IMG/VR virus record: IMGVR_UViG_3300021963_000165
Location: 1-53,320 of that record
DNA: 53,320 nucleotides
Origin: a virus
Lineage: Duplodnaviria > Caudoviricetes
Strand: one strand, 5' to 3'
A model generated the notes under the pieces. That model was not told the DNA's origin. It did no database searches and saw only the letters and a program-made list of their open reading frames with translations. Position 1 is the first letter of the stretch. The number at the start of each line of letters is the position of its first letter. The translations under genes were made by a program, and so were the position numbers. Positions 35,101 through 44,160 of the stretch are shown here, one piece after another.

Positions 35101-36551
35101 ACGGTCTTGCGGATCATGAACAAGCTGCCAATCTGCAACGCATCATCGGCTGCAATTCGCTGCTCATTTAGCTCATCATTGATGTCATCAACGGTTACAT
35201 TGCTGTCTTTTACTTTGCCTGTTCTTTTGTCTTTGTAATCGTAAAAGTCGTCTGGGATTTGAGTTGCTGAGATCTTAAAGCTGATAACATCTCCAACTGC
35301 AGCGGTGCGCTCTGCCACGCCGTCGCTGGTGCTGACGCTTTGATTGTTGAGCTTGATGACGCCCATCCGGCGGCTGTAGTTGCGGCCGGTGCCCTCCATG
35401 CCAAGCTTCCACTCGCCGCCCTCGGCCATGTCGACCGTGCCGTTTTTGTCGCCAGCAATCTTGCGGCGTTCACGGGTTTGCACAAAGTCCTTGTCATCAT
35501 TCCAGGCGTTGTCGCCGGATGTCTTAGGAATAGAAATGACACGCCAGTTCAGGCGATATGGCGTACCGTTAGCAATGGGCGAGTAGCAGCCGAACTCGTA
35601 GTTATTGCTCAGTGAGTGCGCCGAGCTGAAGCCGGTATCAGTGACGCTGTTTGCAGTAGGGCAGGAGAAGATGTCGTCTGCTGTTTCGGGGTCTCCACTG
35701 GCCAGCTTGCCCCTTGTGCCATAAAACAGATTTGATGCCCTGATTCGCGTGGTGTTTGAGATCGTCGTATTGCGCTTCCAGTAGAACGCAAACGTTGTCT
35801 CGTAGATCGTGTCCAGCGCACCATTGCCTAAGAAAATGCCCCGCAGTGATGGCGGCGCAATGCCCTGCGGGCTCTGCGTGCCAGACGCGCCTTGCTCGCC
35901 AACGACGAACAGCATCTTGACGCCTTGTTCTCTGCCGTAGCTGAACATGCGCGACCACACCATCTTGGGCGCGTACAGCAGGCCGCCGGTGCCACTCTTC
36001 TCGTCGTAGCGGGCGAAAATGATCGGGATCGGCTCGCCGTAGTCCGCTAGCTCCGCCTGCGTGTCAAAGCCGAATGAAGGAGCAAACCGGTTAGAGCCGG
36101 TGACGCTGGCCAGCGTGCGGGAGCGTCCGCGTGAGCCCTCGGCTTTCGGCTTTGGAGTTAGAAAGTAGGAAGCAGCGCTAAGCGCAAGGCCGATTGCTAG
36201 GTTGATAAGTATCGGCACAAGCGGACCCATTCGGATCTCAGGGATGTGCTCATACCCCGCCGGGCGAATATGCCCGCGGCGGATCGCTTCAGCTTCAAGC
36301 TTTCGATAATCCTCTTCCGTGCAACCAATCAGCTCAATGATCTGCCTTTCGTACGGAAGCAGTGGTGTCTGCCAACGCTTTGCACCGAAGACCAGGCCAC
36401 TCTCTCCAGGTGCCGGTTGATGTAGAGAATCCCGGTCTGCCATGTCACCGCGAAAGCCCAGCTGTCCTGAGCCAACAGCAAGATGTCTCCATCGTACAGG
36501 GGCTCGACTGCCCGATCCCCCCATGCCATCAGATCCCTGACCACCTGCCAT
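32142..36551 (-). CDS. Tail tip / host-specificity protein (lambda J-like); start uncertain
   Basis: YGEPIPIIF, NLFCDLV, C-terminal LAPGSYIRV...EDGTVQVTASEFP; about 1400 aa. Confidence 0.8.
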   Translation of the reverse strand: MAGGQGSDGMGGSGSRAPVRWRHLAVGSGQLGFRGDMADRDSLHQPAPGESGLVFGAKRWQTPLLPYERQIIELIGCTEEDYRKLEAEAIRRGHIRPAGYEHIPEIRMGPLVPILINLAIGLALSAASYFLTPKPKAEGSRGRSRTLASVTGSNRFAPSFGFDTQAELADYGEPIPIIFARYDEKSGTGGLLYAPKMVWSRMFSYGREQGVKMLFVVGEQGASGTQSPQGIAPPSLRGIFLGNGALDTIYETTFAFYWKRNTTISNTTRIRASNLFYGTRGKLASGDPETADDIFSCPTANSVTDTGFSSAHSLSNNYEFGCYSPIANGTPYRLNWRVISIPKTSGDNAWNDDKDFVQTRERRKIAGDKNGTVDMAEGGEWKLGMEGTGRNYSRRMGVIKLNNQSVSTSDGVAERTAAVGDVISFKISATQIPDDFYDYKDKRTGKVKDSNVTVDDINDELNEQRIAADDALQIGSLFMIRKTVWQVTGRELAAWRPEDKKDQIITLKCVEVIGSDQIGVVSDAMLKRSYLSDDNGETNKLHAGTAFYPLLRMSVALARNTRPCDVTEIGIRSRVYQRLNGLCNFRTIPSPAQLRSSDNQSISITNGTITAYTRRASAFDVYVRPAGLTSSGGEYKWSRIGVHFVVVGNNPVDQYNFIRFKHPDQKQYEYRFVPRNSASLRGDAADTVYWQLNANASLDSAANSNILSDTLSTRYGSFTVLTVGKKVQKSEIRYNVELTTSGKLTGGTEADGYPSAVGINSFLPDIDPDKTTASAVELLGSYSEPSNITSGRIAAFGYELFGDADASKLPLGAAVYSFVREALPNGQWITINYRATKTALASGHFSGKSSIFVVDQFDVTGSSGDFNILQQFVVKRTVDSTNPFRNPPAQPSMTAVGVLLRVSQVRNGGSTGGRSQAVFEEILGKATSYQVGHRRTVAVDFEKSGRKLRASFSLSVIAVTDHFSGRTKIWDTKTMTITPVKTSASTTNWSAGDLVSKNYTVSSGNPFYKDGAEVGLQLIVFGIEKSIFRTSELNADRQFDGSSQYGDVSYYSALVEKSNQNSPEHAITYVNQMVANDVKPEYDRMSICGLALKASRNFNNLDQLRVWLASGLHVKRFHPDDDDAYGPSNLFCDLVFHLLTDDVAGLGKVLNIDASTASEMINTDDLVRTAKFLKRNKLFFNGVIGEAINVRQFIADTAPNFLCNFVISEGKFSLVPALPTTSGGSISTSPVKISQLFTSGNIIEDTFQVEYLGAEERKPMQAVVRYREERPNELPQERNVVVNWADASEYAPIESFDLISYCTNRDHAELVGRYFLSIRKRITHTVRFSTLPYGMDLAPGSYIRVVTEASPYSSARNGVISDTGVITSVTPLTDEQYSILYYKPGSDDVSSGTMTVSNGRVTDSTLYGSLFTVVEATSSENVYMVEQITLSEDGTVQVTASEFPCDSKLSSLIAQDLISNNRSRFTFDS

Positions 36552-36709
36552 TTGCTTGCCTCGTACCAGCTCGGATTGAACGGTGGCGTGTCGATGCCGA
36601 GGTGATCGAGCACCGCGTAAACCATGTGGATGCAGTCGATTTCGCCATTGGTGCCGTCAGCACCAAGGCGGTAACGCATCCCAATCAGATCACTGCAGGT
36701 TGACAGCAC
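36329..36709 (-). CDS. NlpC/P60-like tail assembly protein (lambda K-like)
   Basis: DLIGMRYRLG...IDCIHMV. Confidence 0.7.
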   Translation of the reverse strand: MLSTCSDLIGMRYRLGADGTNGEIDCIHMVYAVLDHLGIDTPPFNPSWYEASKWQVVRDLMAWGDRAVEPLYDGDILLLAQDSWAFAVTWQTGILYINRHLERVAWSSVQSVGRHHCFRTKGRSLS

Positions 36710-37154
36710 TGGTCACCGGAATCGCGCCAATCAGCTTCTGCGTCAGCCGGCGCACCGGTGCATCGCCGCCGACAGCATCCAGCACGGTGTTCAGCACCAG
36801 CTTGAGCGCCGTCTCGTCCCAATCGCCCTGCGCCACCTGTCCTGAATACTGGTGCAGCAAAGTGACGGTGCTTGAGTCGGAAGGATCGAGCAGCATTACT
36901 TTGATATTCGCCAGCCAACGATCCTGGATGGCCTCAACGCCCCACGGCCTGCTCAGCTTGTTGTTGGGGAAGACCAGGCTGGCTTCGGTGTTGTCGCCGG
37001 TGCGGTTCACCGTGACGCCAGAAAAGCCAAACGGCATGAAGCCGTAGCTGTTGCTGTCATAGGTGACGGTCTTGCCTATGAAGAAGTTCTGGAACCGATA
37101 GGTGGTGCCCTTGGCAGCGGTCAGGGTCAGGTAGTTGCCGACTGCGTAATCCAT
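36690..37154 (-). CDS. Minor tail protein
   Basis: Directly after the tape measure gene. Confidence 0.65.
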   Translation of the reverse strand: MDYAVGNYLTLTAAKGTTYRFQNFFIGKTVTYDSNSYGFMPFGFSGVTVNRTGDNTEASLVFPNNKLSRPWGVEAIQDRWLANIKVMLLDPSDSSTVTLLHQYSGQVAQGDWDETALKLVLNTVLDAVGGDAPVRRLTQKLIGAIPVTSAVNLQ

Positions 37155-40100
37155 CAGACGCCAATCCTCTTGCGGGTGCTCACGCTTGTCTGCAGACGCC
37201 GCAGAGTGCGCTGCTCACCTTGAGCTGCACCGCGTGCTGCGGCCTCCCTCATGCCCATCTGAAACTGCTCTGCGGTCACATACTCGACGTTGTTGATCCG
37301 CTCGACGGTATAGCGCACGTCGATTGCGCCACCCGTGGCCGCACCGCCGGCCGACATGGCGCCGCCGCTTTCGTTGTCGCCAGCCACGGTGCCCATTGCG
37401 CTGATCGGCCGGTAACGATTCAGGGCATCGCTGCGCTGCTGGACCTTCACCGGGATGGTGCGGCCATCGGGTAGGGGCACAAATGCTTCGGGGCCGCGCT
37501 CGCCGTAGAGCGCCACCTGGGGCTCGCGAGCGATGCCGCCAGCCGCGTAGCGCTTCATAGGCACCACGTTGTTCGACATGACGCCGCCAGTGGCGAACTT
37601 CTTCAGTGGCGCCGAGCTGTTGGGGCCGGTAGCGCCACCGGTGGCTGCCATGCCGATTTTCAGGCCAGGGAAGGCAGCGAACAGCGCCTTGAACAGCGCG
37701 TACTTGATGAAGATCGCACCGAGCTCCTTGAGGATGCTGGCGGCCAATTCCTTGAACGCCGCCTTGCCGCCGGAGGCCATCTCCACAAGGGCATTGGAGA
37801 TGCCGTCGATTGCGCCCACGACGACGTTGCCCAACTGGCCGCCAAGGTCAGTGGCCGACTTGTAGGCATCCTGCAGGGTCTGCTTAAAGCGCTCGCCGAA
37901 GTCCTTGGCCTTGTCCGCAGCGGCGGCCTGAGCTCTGGCGTTGTCCTCCATTGCCTTGGACAGCTGTGGGTACAGCTTCACCAGCGCCTCGATGGCCTCT
38001 CGCAGCCTGTTCGCCTGATCGCTGTTGCCTTCCCCTTTCTCCTCAAGGATCTTGAGCGCTTCGCCAGCGGCGTTGACCTGAGCAGTGAGCTGACGAGCGG
38101 CTTCGGCCTTCTTGAGCTGATACTCAATAAGCTCGGGCCGCATGCCTGCCGCCTCGAGCTTGTTGCGGTACTCGAGCATGAAGTTTTGATCTTCCTGCGC
38201 CTTGATCTGCTCGCGAATCTGCTCAGTGAAGTCGGAAACGAAGCCGGTGCCGATCGCGGACTTCAGCTTTTCGATCTGCTGCGTCGTCATCTGCGCGATC
38301 TGCTCGGCAGTCTGCAGATCAACGCCCTCGGCGCCAGCAGTGCCAGCTGCACGAACAGCACGGCGTTCTTGAGCGGCCGCACCCGTCGCGCCGTTACCCT
38401 TCATCGCGCTGTTGGCCATCAGGTGCAGGGCACGCATGGTGCCCTCGGGCGTCATCACCTCGATCGCGTAGCCGCCGGCACCGGTGTTCCCAAGGTCGCG
38501 GCCGAAGGTGGCGCCGCCCTTGAGGCTGATCTGCGAGCCGGCCGGAGTGCCAAAGTCGATGCCCTTGTGGAAGTTGCGGCCAAACAGGCTGCGGGGGCCG
38601 TACTCGCTGGTGACGCCAAACGAGCTGGGCGCCTTGCCGTTGACTAGGAAATACTTGTCGGCGTCAGCTCTGGTGATCGGCCGCCCATCGCCCCAGCGCA
38701 GGTCGAGGTGAGCGCCAGTGCTTTGGCCGGTGTTGCCCGTGCGAGCCACGATACCGGTGGACGCGCCCCCGGCAGTGACCGTCGCCATCGACTGAGCCGA
38801 CCGCAGCTGCTGCTGGGCGTTCTGCACTCCGATGCTGGCGTCCAGCGACCGGGTGCGCAGGTCGCCGATCTGCTTCAGGAAGCCGGCGATCATGCCAGCG
38901 GCAGACTTGCCGGCGCCGGTGAAGCCCTTCACCCAGTTGTCGAGCTCGATGTTTTGCAGCTCGCGCTGATACTCGTGCCGGCGACGGATCAGCTCCATCG
39001 CATTGCGGTGGACCGCGTCCTGCAGCGCGATCTCGGCGCGGGCGGTGGATTCGTTGAGCTGCTGCTGGAGAGCGGCTTCGCGCTCGGCGTCGTCGGCGGC
39101 CTTCTTGGCGCTCTTCCCGTCGTCGTCTTTCGGGTTGGCAAAGTTAGTGAGCCCCTTGCCGGTCTTGTCCTGCGTGTCCTTCAGGCGCTCCAGCGAGGCG
39201 CGAGTTTCGTCAATCCGGCCCTGGATGCGCTTCTGGTCGGCCTCAAACGCATCAATCTGCTTGGCGCTCAGGCTGTCAGCCGGCACCTTGCGCAGAACTT
39301 CCTGCACCTCTTGCAGATAGCGCAGGTTCTGCTCAAGCCCGGCCTTGTTGCTCTGCGGCGTGATCGCCTTCTCCAACGCCAGCGCACGCTTGCGGAACTC
39401 GGTGATCTCAGCAGCACTGAAGCCCTGCCGTTTCAGCGGACCTATGCCTTGCAGCCCGAGCGGCTGGTTTGCGTCCTTCAATCGCTGCGCTAGGTCCGCA
39501 TCGCGGCCGGCGGCGTTCATCTCGTTGAGCGCGTCCTTCACCAGGCCCAGCGACTTCAGCGTCCGGGTGGCGAGCTCAGCGACCTTGGCGATAATTGTGG
39601 CGATCGAGCTGGTGATCGGCATCACCGCGCTACCAAAAGCCGCCTGCAGGTCGGTCAGCGCGACCTTCATACGAGCGGTCGAGTCCTCCTGCGACTTGGC
39701 CATCTTGAGCGCCGTGCCGGCGTTCTGCTCGCTCAATGCCATGGAGAACTTCATGACATCGTTGAGGCCGACCGTGCCTTCTTTCAACGCTTCGCTGAGC
39801 TGGGCACCGGTGCGGCCGGTTGCAGCTGCAAAGCGGGTGAAAGCACCCGGCAGACGCTCACCGAGCTGGCCAGAGAGTTCTTCCGCAGAGACCTTGCCCT
39901 TGGAGAACACCTGACTCATGGCGGTCAGAGCGCCCGCCACGTCCTCTGATGTGCCGCCGGTAGCCTTGATCGCCTCAGTGACGCCGCGGAACACGACCTC
40001 GGCATCACGCACATTGCCGCCCGCACCCTGTACCGAGGCCAGCAGCTTGGTGAAGCCCTGGGTTGCCTCGAGTGTCGGGACATTGAGTTCGGTGGTGACG

Positions 40101-41551
40101 CTGCGGATGACACGCTGCGCCTCGGCGTAGTCCTGCTGAGTGCTAGTGAGTTCCTTGAGCGCGATATTGAGCCGGCCGATCGTGGCGGCGTACTCAGCCG
40201 ATGCAGTGACCTGCTGGCGTACCAGGCTGATCTGGGCACCAATAGCCGCACCAGCAAACGCGCCGCCAACGGTTCCAATGCCGGGAATGGCTGAGCCGAC
40301 CACCGCGCCGATCGTGCCGCCGACAGCGCCTTCAACGCCGCCAAAGATGCCGCCCGATGCAATTGCGCCGGCGGCCTGCAGCCGCTGACCCAGCTTGTTG
40401 CCACCGCCCTGGGTCTTCTCCAGCTGGCGGTCGATCTTGGCCAGCTCGCGGCTGGCCTCCTTGAATTCAGCGCTGCTGCTGTTGACCGCGTTGCGCAGCG
40501 ATTCCCACGCCGAGCGCTGCGACCGCAGGCTGTTGATGCTGCCGTCCGAGGCGGCCGTCGCACCGCGGATGTCCTGGGCGACCTGCTTGTAGCTGTTGCC
40601 CATCAGCTCGTTTTGCTGGGCAATGCGGCTCAGACCAACCGCTTGGATTGAGCGATACAGCTCGCTCGTCTCCATCATCGGCAGCTCGATGGCTGCCTGG
40701 CCTTGCTTGCGCTGGTTGCGAGCGATCGACTTCTCGATCGCGATCCGGTCGCCAATCGTGCTGGCGCTTTGCGAGAACGCCAGGAAACCGCTGCTGGTGT
40801 TGCGGCTGGCCTCGAGGCGCCGACGAGCTGCCTCGACGGCCGGGTTGGCGAATTCCTGATTGAGCTGGCGCTGGACGTTTGCGATTTCACGCGATACCCG
40901 GATCCAGTCCGTGCCACCGCGACTCAGGTTGACAAATTCCTCGTTGAGCTCGCTCAGCCGCTGCTGCAGCCCGGCCGTGGTGTTCGGCAGCTCCGGCAGC
41001 GCTGCTCCACCCTTGCCGCCCTCCCTGAACGTTTCAAAGCCAGCGATGACGTTCTGCCGACCCAGCGCCGTGTTGAACGGCAGCTGGCGGCGCTGGATTT
41101 CGGTGAGGGCGTCGGTGTACTGCCGCGAGTAGACGCTGAGATCCTGCAGACCGCGGCGCAGCGCAGCGATCTGTTTGTCAAATGTGCCCGGCTTGGAGCC
41201 GACAATCTGCGCCTTGAGTTGCGCGTCGGTGAACTGCTTGACGCCCGTCGACGCTTCCTTGTAGGCGCCGCCAAGGTCTTTGATGTCCTTGCCGAGCTTC
41301 TTATAGACAGTGCCGCTGATGGACGCCTGCCCCTGCAGCGCCTTGAGCGCCTCGATCTGGCCGCGCAGTGACTGCTCGGTCTGCTCGCCGGCCTTGCCGA
41401 AGGCCAGGATTTCCTTCCGCGCCTTGCTCAGCTGCTGGTCGCTCGGACCGATCGCCTGCTGAAGACCCTTAAACGCGCCCTTGAGTTTGTCGAAGCCTTC
41501 TAGGCCTTCGATCTGGGCGAGGATCTTAAGCCGTGCGACCTGTTCAGCCAT
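37154..41551 (-). CDS. Tape measure protein with M23 peptidase module
   Basis: AMSQVFSKGKVSAEELSGQLGERLPG; helical Ala-rich; GERGPEAFVPL; HKGID. Confidence 0.92.
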   Translation of the reverse strand: MAEQVARLKILAQIEGLEGFDKLKGAFKGLQQAIGPSDQQLSKARKEILAFGKAGEQTEQSLRGQIEALKALQGQASISGTVYKKLGKDIKDLGGAYKEASTGVKQFTDAQLKAQIVGSKPGTFDKQIAALRRGLQDLSVYSRQYTDALTEIQRRQLPFNTALGRQNVIAGFETFREGGKGGAALPELPNTTAGLQQRLSELNEEFVNLSRGGTDWIRVSREIANVQRQLNQEFANPAVEAARRRLEASRNTSSGFLAFSQSASTIGDRIAIEKSIARNQRKQGQAAIELPMMETSELYRSIQAVGLSRIAQQNELMGNSYKQVAQDIRGATAASDGSINSLRSQRSAWESLRNAVNSSSAEFKEASRELAKIDRQLEKTQGGGNKLGQRLQAAGAIASGGIFGGVEGAVGGTIGAVVGSAIPGIGTVGGAFAGAAIGAQISLVRQQVTASAEYAATIGRLNIALKELTSTQQDYAEAQRVIRSVTTELNVPTLEATQGFTKLLASVQGAGGNVRDAEVVFRGVTEAIKATGGTSEDVAGALTAMSQVFSKGKVSAEELSGQLGERLPGAFTRFAAATGRTGAQLSEALKEGTVGLNDVMKFSMALSEQNAGTALKMAKSQEDSTARMKVALTDLQAAFGSAVMPITSSIATIIAKVAELATRTLKSLGLVKDALNEMNAAGRDADLAQRLKDANQPLGLQGIGPLKRQGFSAAEITEFRKRALALEKAITPQSNKAGLEQNLRYLQEVQEVLRKVPADSLSAKQIDAFEADQKRIQGRIDETRASLERLKDTQDKTGKGLTNFANPKDDDGKSAKKAADDAEREAALQQQLNESTARAEIALQDAVHRNAMELIRRRHEYQRELQNIELDNWVKGFTGAGKSAAGMIAGFLKQIGDLRTRSLDASIGVQNAQQQLRSAQSMATVTAGGASTGIVARTGNTGQSTGAHLDLRWGDGRPITRADADKYFLVNGKAPSSFGVTSEYGPRSLFGRNFHKGIDFGTPAGSQISLKGGATFGRDLGNTGAGGYAIEVMTPEGTMRALHLMANSAMKGNGATGAAAQERRAVRAAGTAGAEGVDLQTAEQIAQMTTQQIEKLKSAIGTGFVSDFTEQIREQIKAQEDQNFMLEYRNKLEAAGMRPELIEYQLKKAEAARQLTAQVNAAGEALKILEEKGEGNSDQANRLREAIEALVKLYPQLSKAMEDNARAQAAAADKAKDFGERFKQTLQDAYKSATDLGGQLGNVVVGAIDGISNALVEMASGGKAAFKELAASILKELGAIFIKYALFKALFAAFPGLKIGMAATGGATGPNSSAPLKKFATGGVMSNNVVPMKRYAAGGIAREPQVALYGERGPEAFVPLPDGRTIPVKVQQRSDALNRYRPISAMGTVAGDNESGGAMSAGGAATGGAIDVRYTVERINNVEYVTAEQFQMGMREAAARGAAQGEQRTLRRLQTSVSTRKRIGV

Positions 41552-41876
41552 TGTCGTTCAGCACCTGAAGAGCGGCCGCTTCCATGACCTGGATGCCCTC
41601 CAGCATGGCCTTGTGGTCCTCAACTGAGTATAGGTCGCACATCCAGCGCAGGGCTTCGTACTTCAGTCCGGTGAAGCCGCCCATTGTGGTGTTCCACTGA
41701 GTCTGGAGACGCAGAAACATCATCACGATGTCCCAGTTCTCGTCCCAAACCTCGAAATCTGTTTCAGCCGGCTCAGGATTAGGCAGGACGACGCCCATTA
41801 AGCGAGCGTCGTCCTCCGTCTCATCCTTCACCGCACCCGCTGCGGCCCAGTATTGAGCCGCGTCCTCTAGTTTTTT
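41544..41876 (-). CDS. Tail assembly chaperone, frameshifted part (gpT / DUF1799-like)
   Basis: FEVWDENW...FLRLQTQW...GLKY; reached by -1 shift at AAAAAAC. Confidence 0.8.
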   Translation of the reverse strand, partial: KKLEDAAQYWAAAGAVKDETEDDARLMGVVLPNPEPAETDFEVWDENWDIVMMFLRLQTQWNTTMGGFTGLKYEALRWMCDLYSVEDHKAMLEGIQVMEAAALQVLNDNG

Positions 41877-42193
41877 GCTTTGCCGCCTTCCAGGCTTGCC
41901 AGGTAGGCGGCGATGATCCCACGGGTGAAATAGGGATCATCCAGCAACTCCTTGAGGTTCGCCTTGTTGAAGGGAACATCCTTGCCGGCTTCGTCCGCAA
42001 TGCCTTCCCAACCAGTGAGGACGGTCTCGACTAACTCGAGGTCGCCCTTGTCGATCAGCTTCTGAAATTCAGCGCGACCGATCCGCTTGAAGATTGCGTC
42101 GAAGGTCTCGCTTTCAAACCGGCCGCCGTCGACAGGGGATTCAACGGTGACCGGCCACTTGAAAGTCGAAGACTTCTTGCGGACGAATGCCAT
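41867..42193 (-). CDS. Tail assembly chaperone (gpG-like)
   Basis: Between tube and TMP genes; ends GCA AAA AAC TAG. Confidence 0.85.
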   Translation of the reverse strand: MAFVRKKSSTFKWPVTVESPVDGGRFESETFDAIFKRIGRAEFQKLIDKGDLELVETVLTGWEGIADEAGKDVPFNKANLKELLDDPYFTRGIIAAYLASLEGGKAKN

Positions 42194-42211
42194 GCAGGTG
42201 TTCTCCCAGGA

Positions 42212-43144
42212 TCAGGTGAAGGCGAGGCTGACCTCGTCGTTACCGGCAGAGGTCGGAATTGCCACGTAGGGCAGGTTCAGCATTTGGATGCCGTCGCTGT
42301 CACTATACGTGGGGTTGCCAATGTCGACCTTCTGTGCAGTGAAGGTGACAATGTTGCCTGCGGTAGTGCCGTGGGCAAAAGTCAGGCTGCCGGTGGTGTT
42401 GTTGTTGGCGATCGTGAAGTAATCCTTCTGAGCGATCGTCGGGGCTTCAATCACGACCTCGCCAGCGGGGGCGCGGTTGGTGATCAGGGTCTGCTTGGTG
42501 CAGCCGATCAGCTCGCGGTACACAACCTCGTTCGCCACATCGAAGCTGACGTTCATCAGACAGCCGCTGTAAGACAGCAGGCTGAAGTTGGAGGTGTTGC
42601 CCTCCTTGAAGATCAGCGGGGTGGCCTGGTTGCTGTAGGTGGTGGTCGGAGCCGCAGTGTCGGTCGGGGCGTTGTAGATGCCGGTCATCGTGAACGAGAT
42701 CACCGGGATCTCATTCAGGTTGCAGGTCATCGTGAAGGTGCCGCGGCAGCCAGTGGCCTTGTGCAGCACACCATCATTGTTGAAATAGATGGTGGCCGAG
42801 CTGAAGCTGCTCGAGACCGGCGCGTAGGTCACGCTGGTGGAAGCCACTACGGTCTCAGAGAAGCCGCACGCCTTCAGCAGTGCGCCGTAGCGAGGAGCGG
42901 TGCCAGCGGTGCCGGAGCCAGCCAGTTCCACCTCAAAGGTGATGCCCACGCGGGTGTTGCCGAGCAGCTGCTCGGAGTTGCCAAGGTAGGGACGGATCAA
43001 GTCCCGGCTGACAACGTCGGCCTCCAGCGGGGTGATGTCGAGATTACGGACAAGAACGGCATCAGCGCCGACAGGGGTGCTGTCAGTGCCGTAAGTCGTC
43101 TCAGCCTTCGCCAGAATCAGGCGCTTGCGAGTCAGCAGAGCCAT
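42212..43144 (-). CDS. Major tail tube protein
   Basis: ILAKAETTYGTD, ELAGSGTAGTAP, LLKACG. Confidence 0.85.
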   Translation of the reverse strand: MALLTRKRLILAKAETTYGTDSTPVGADAVLVRNLDITPLEADVVSRDLIRPYLGNSEQLLGNTRVGITFEVELAGSGTAGTAPRYGALLKACGFSETVVASTSVTYAPVSSSFSSATIYFNNDGVLHKATGCRGTFTMTCNLNEIPVISFTMTGIYNAPTDTAAPTTTYSNQATPLIFKEGNTSNFSLLSYSGCLMNVSFDVANEVVYRELIGCTKQTLITNRAPAGEVVIEAPTIAQKDYFTIANNNTTGSLTFAHGTTAGNIVTFTAQKVDIGNPTYSDSDGIQMLNLPYVAIPTSAGNDEVSLAFT

Positions 43145-43280
43145 CGGTGGTTACCTCAGGAGTTGCGTGAGCAGGGGTGTAGGCCGGCTCAGTACGCTCG
43201 ATGAGCTTCCGCTTGCCGGTTTTGGGGTCCAGGAGGTAAGACCCTCCCTGCCCATGGTATTCATCGACCGTGATAGCCAT
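43101..43280 (-). CDS. Small hypothetical structural-region protein
   Basis: DEYHGQGGSYLLDPKTGKRKLIERT. Confidence 0.6.
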   Translation of the reverse strand: MAITVDEYHGQGGSYLLDPKTGKRKLIERTEPAYTPAHATPEVTTDGSADSQAPDSGEG

Positions 43281-43282
43281 CG

Positions 43283-43705
43283 TCAGGCGCTCAAGTTGGT
43301 GATGGAGGTTCTGTACCTGACAAGGTAGTCGCACATGACAACACCTGCAGGTTGATCGGCCTCAACTGTTTGGAACTCTACTCGCAGTGGCTGAATGTCC
43401 ATGGATAGGCCACCAAGGGTGAGGTCGTTCATCACCTTGGCGTGCAGACTTTCGACAATCGGATCAGCAGCTTGATCCGGCACGTTTGCACGCACCACAA
43501 CAGCAATCCTGACGGTCAGCGACCAATCAAGTGTCGGCAGGCTGGTGTTCTGCTGGGCGGTGTCCTCGAGCGGCTCAACAACGATGGCCGGGCTTTCCTG
43601 CCGCGCCATCGGCTCCACCCTGCTGCGATAGATCCGAGTGCCAACACCGGTGGTGCTGGTCAATGCGCTGCGGATAGCAGCGAGGATCTGTTCGCGCTTG
43701 CTCAT
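43283..43705 (-). CDS. Tail terminator protein
   Basis: MSKREQIL...RIYRSR...DLTLGGL. Confidence 0.75.
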   Translation of the reverse strand: MSKREQILAAIRSALTSTTGVGTRIYRSRVEPMARQESPAIVVEPLEDTAQQNTSLPTLDWSLTVRIAVVVRANVPDQAADPIVESLHAKVMNDLTLGGLSMDIQPLRVEFQTVEADQPAGVVMCDYLVRYRTSITNLSA

Positions 43706-43767
43706 GGGTTCAGATTAGCCGGGTTGCGTGATGTGGGCGCGGGCAAACGCGGGACATTCCTAGAAGA

Positions 43768-44160
43768 TCAGCACGTTGCGGCGGCGTACATCACCCCAGT
43801 GCCTTCGGTAATGGTGCTGGCCGAGTCGTTGTAGACAAGGAACGCAGTCTCCTGGCCGACCTGCAGCACTGTTCCGCCGCCCTTGGCGATGTCCAGTGTC
43901 TGCTCGTCCTCGTTCCACGCCAGCTCGCCAGCGGTGTCTGCGTTGCCGCCAGTCGTCAGCAGCTGGATCGACTGCAACGTCGGGTTGCGATTCCACGGCG
44001 CATACTCCAGCGCCGACCACACCGAACTGCCGTTGCCAACCTTGGCCTGCTTAGTGTCGGTCTCGTAGCCGATCTCACCCGCCGCAAGCACAGGATTGGC
44101 TGCCGTCCAGTTGGCTGCCGTGTCTCGGCGAAGCTTGATTCGCTGGCGAGTAGTAGCCAT
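43768..44160 (-). pseudogene. Mtd N-terminal-domain fibre protein, probably truncated
   Basis: IKLRRDTAANWTAANPVLAAGEIGYETDT..KVGNG..W..L.Y, then an abrupt stop. Confidence 0.55.

Noticed and set aside
42284-43204. Long plus-strand ORFs opposite structural genes (also 38708..39493, 51051..51830, 20928..21704)
   Set aside because: Antisense or alternate-frame shadows of GC-rich genes, with no motifs
43768-44160. Diversity-generating retroelement suggested by the Mtd-N domain
   Set aside because: No reverse transcriptase and no TR/VR pair seen
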